From positions 4,704,001 to 4,768,000 of the forward strand of contig OY761556.1 of assembly GCA_963664705.1 (NCBI GenBank): a DNA stretch of 64,000 nucleotides, read 5' to 3'. Below the pieces are notes generated by a model. It did not search any database, was not told the DNA's origin, and saw only the letters and a list, made by a program, of their open reading frames with translations. The translations under genes were made by a program, and so were the position numbers. This document shows positions 63,653 through 64,000 of the stretch, one piece after another; the first letter of the stretch is position 1; every line of letters starts with the position of its first letter. The stretch comes from Acidobacteriota bacterium. Lineage in GTDB: Bacteria; Acidobacteriota; UBA6911.

Positions 63653-64000
63653 TTAGAAATTGAAACGTATCTTTGCCTGGAAAGTGCGGCTACCTACCTT
63701 TGTGCCCAGGTATCCGAATGGGGTTGTATTCCCATTGATGCTCAGCGCCGGCAAATTAGCGAAGTAAATGCGTGTACTTGCTGAGTTCACCGTCTGCGAA
63801 GGCTGCGCGTGGTTAAAAATGTTCGTTGCATCCACACGTATCTGCACGCCCTTGGTTTCGCTGATCCGAAGCGATTTGCTCATCGCCATATCGACGTTCC
63901 AGGTTGGCGGACCATAGAACCGGTTCTGTCCAAAATTGCCTCGTTGCCCCGGCAGCGGGTTTTGAAAGACAATGTTGCCCTGCGGGTCTTTAAGGGCAAA
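63653..64000 (-). CDS. TonB-dependent receptor (Oar-like), 3' end only
   Basis: GNFGQNRFYGP..NVDMAMSK..RVDATNIFNH..RTFQAKIRFNF, with C-terminal Phe. Confidence 0.82.
   Translation of the reverse strand, partial: FALKDPQGNIVFQNPLPGQRGNFGQNRFYGPPTWNVDMAMSKSLRISETKGVQIRVDATNIFNHAQPSQTVNSASTRIYFANLPALSINGNTTPFGYLGTKVGSRTFQAKIRFNF

Overview
Bacterial 64-kb window, probably Acidobacteriota (inferred from the Oar-like TonB-dependent receptor C-terminus, 'PQFAVGG' secreted proteins and a 'VPFPFTVG..LPAG.Y' protein). It is dense in redox genes. The main element is a 10-gene minus-strand operon (19654->6763): NAD(P)H:Fe-S flavoprotein, Rieske protein, cytochrome b, heptaheme cytochrome c, Tat-exported NXR-like/pNAR molybdoenzyme alpha-beta-gamma, TorD-type chaperone, CBS protein and HPP transporter, preceded by a perfect FNR/CRP box. 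Two more boxes with the same extended consensus precede a small Cys4 protein and an atypical xanthine-oxidase-family Mo subunit that lacks the catalytic Glu. Other contents: several multiheme cytochromes, a cytochrome c/beta-barrel fusion, a TetR-controlled CoxMSL-type molybdenum hydroxylase, glgP, signalling genes (one kinase frameshifted) and a cupredoxin/porin/Rieske cluster. The ORF track splits a hidden secreted UGSC-type selenoprotein (in-frame TGA plus SECIS-like hairpin). Non-coding elements include REP-like palindromes and a 3 x ~163-bp structured tandem array upstream of a GntR gene. All product calls come from motif reading only; no database searches were run.
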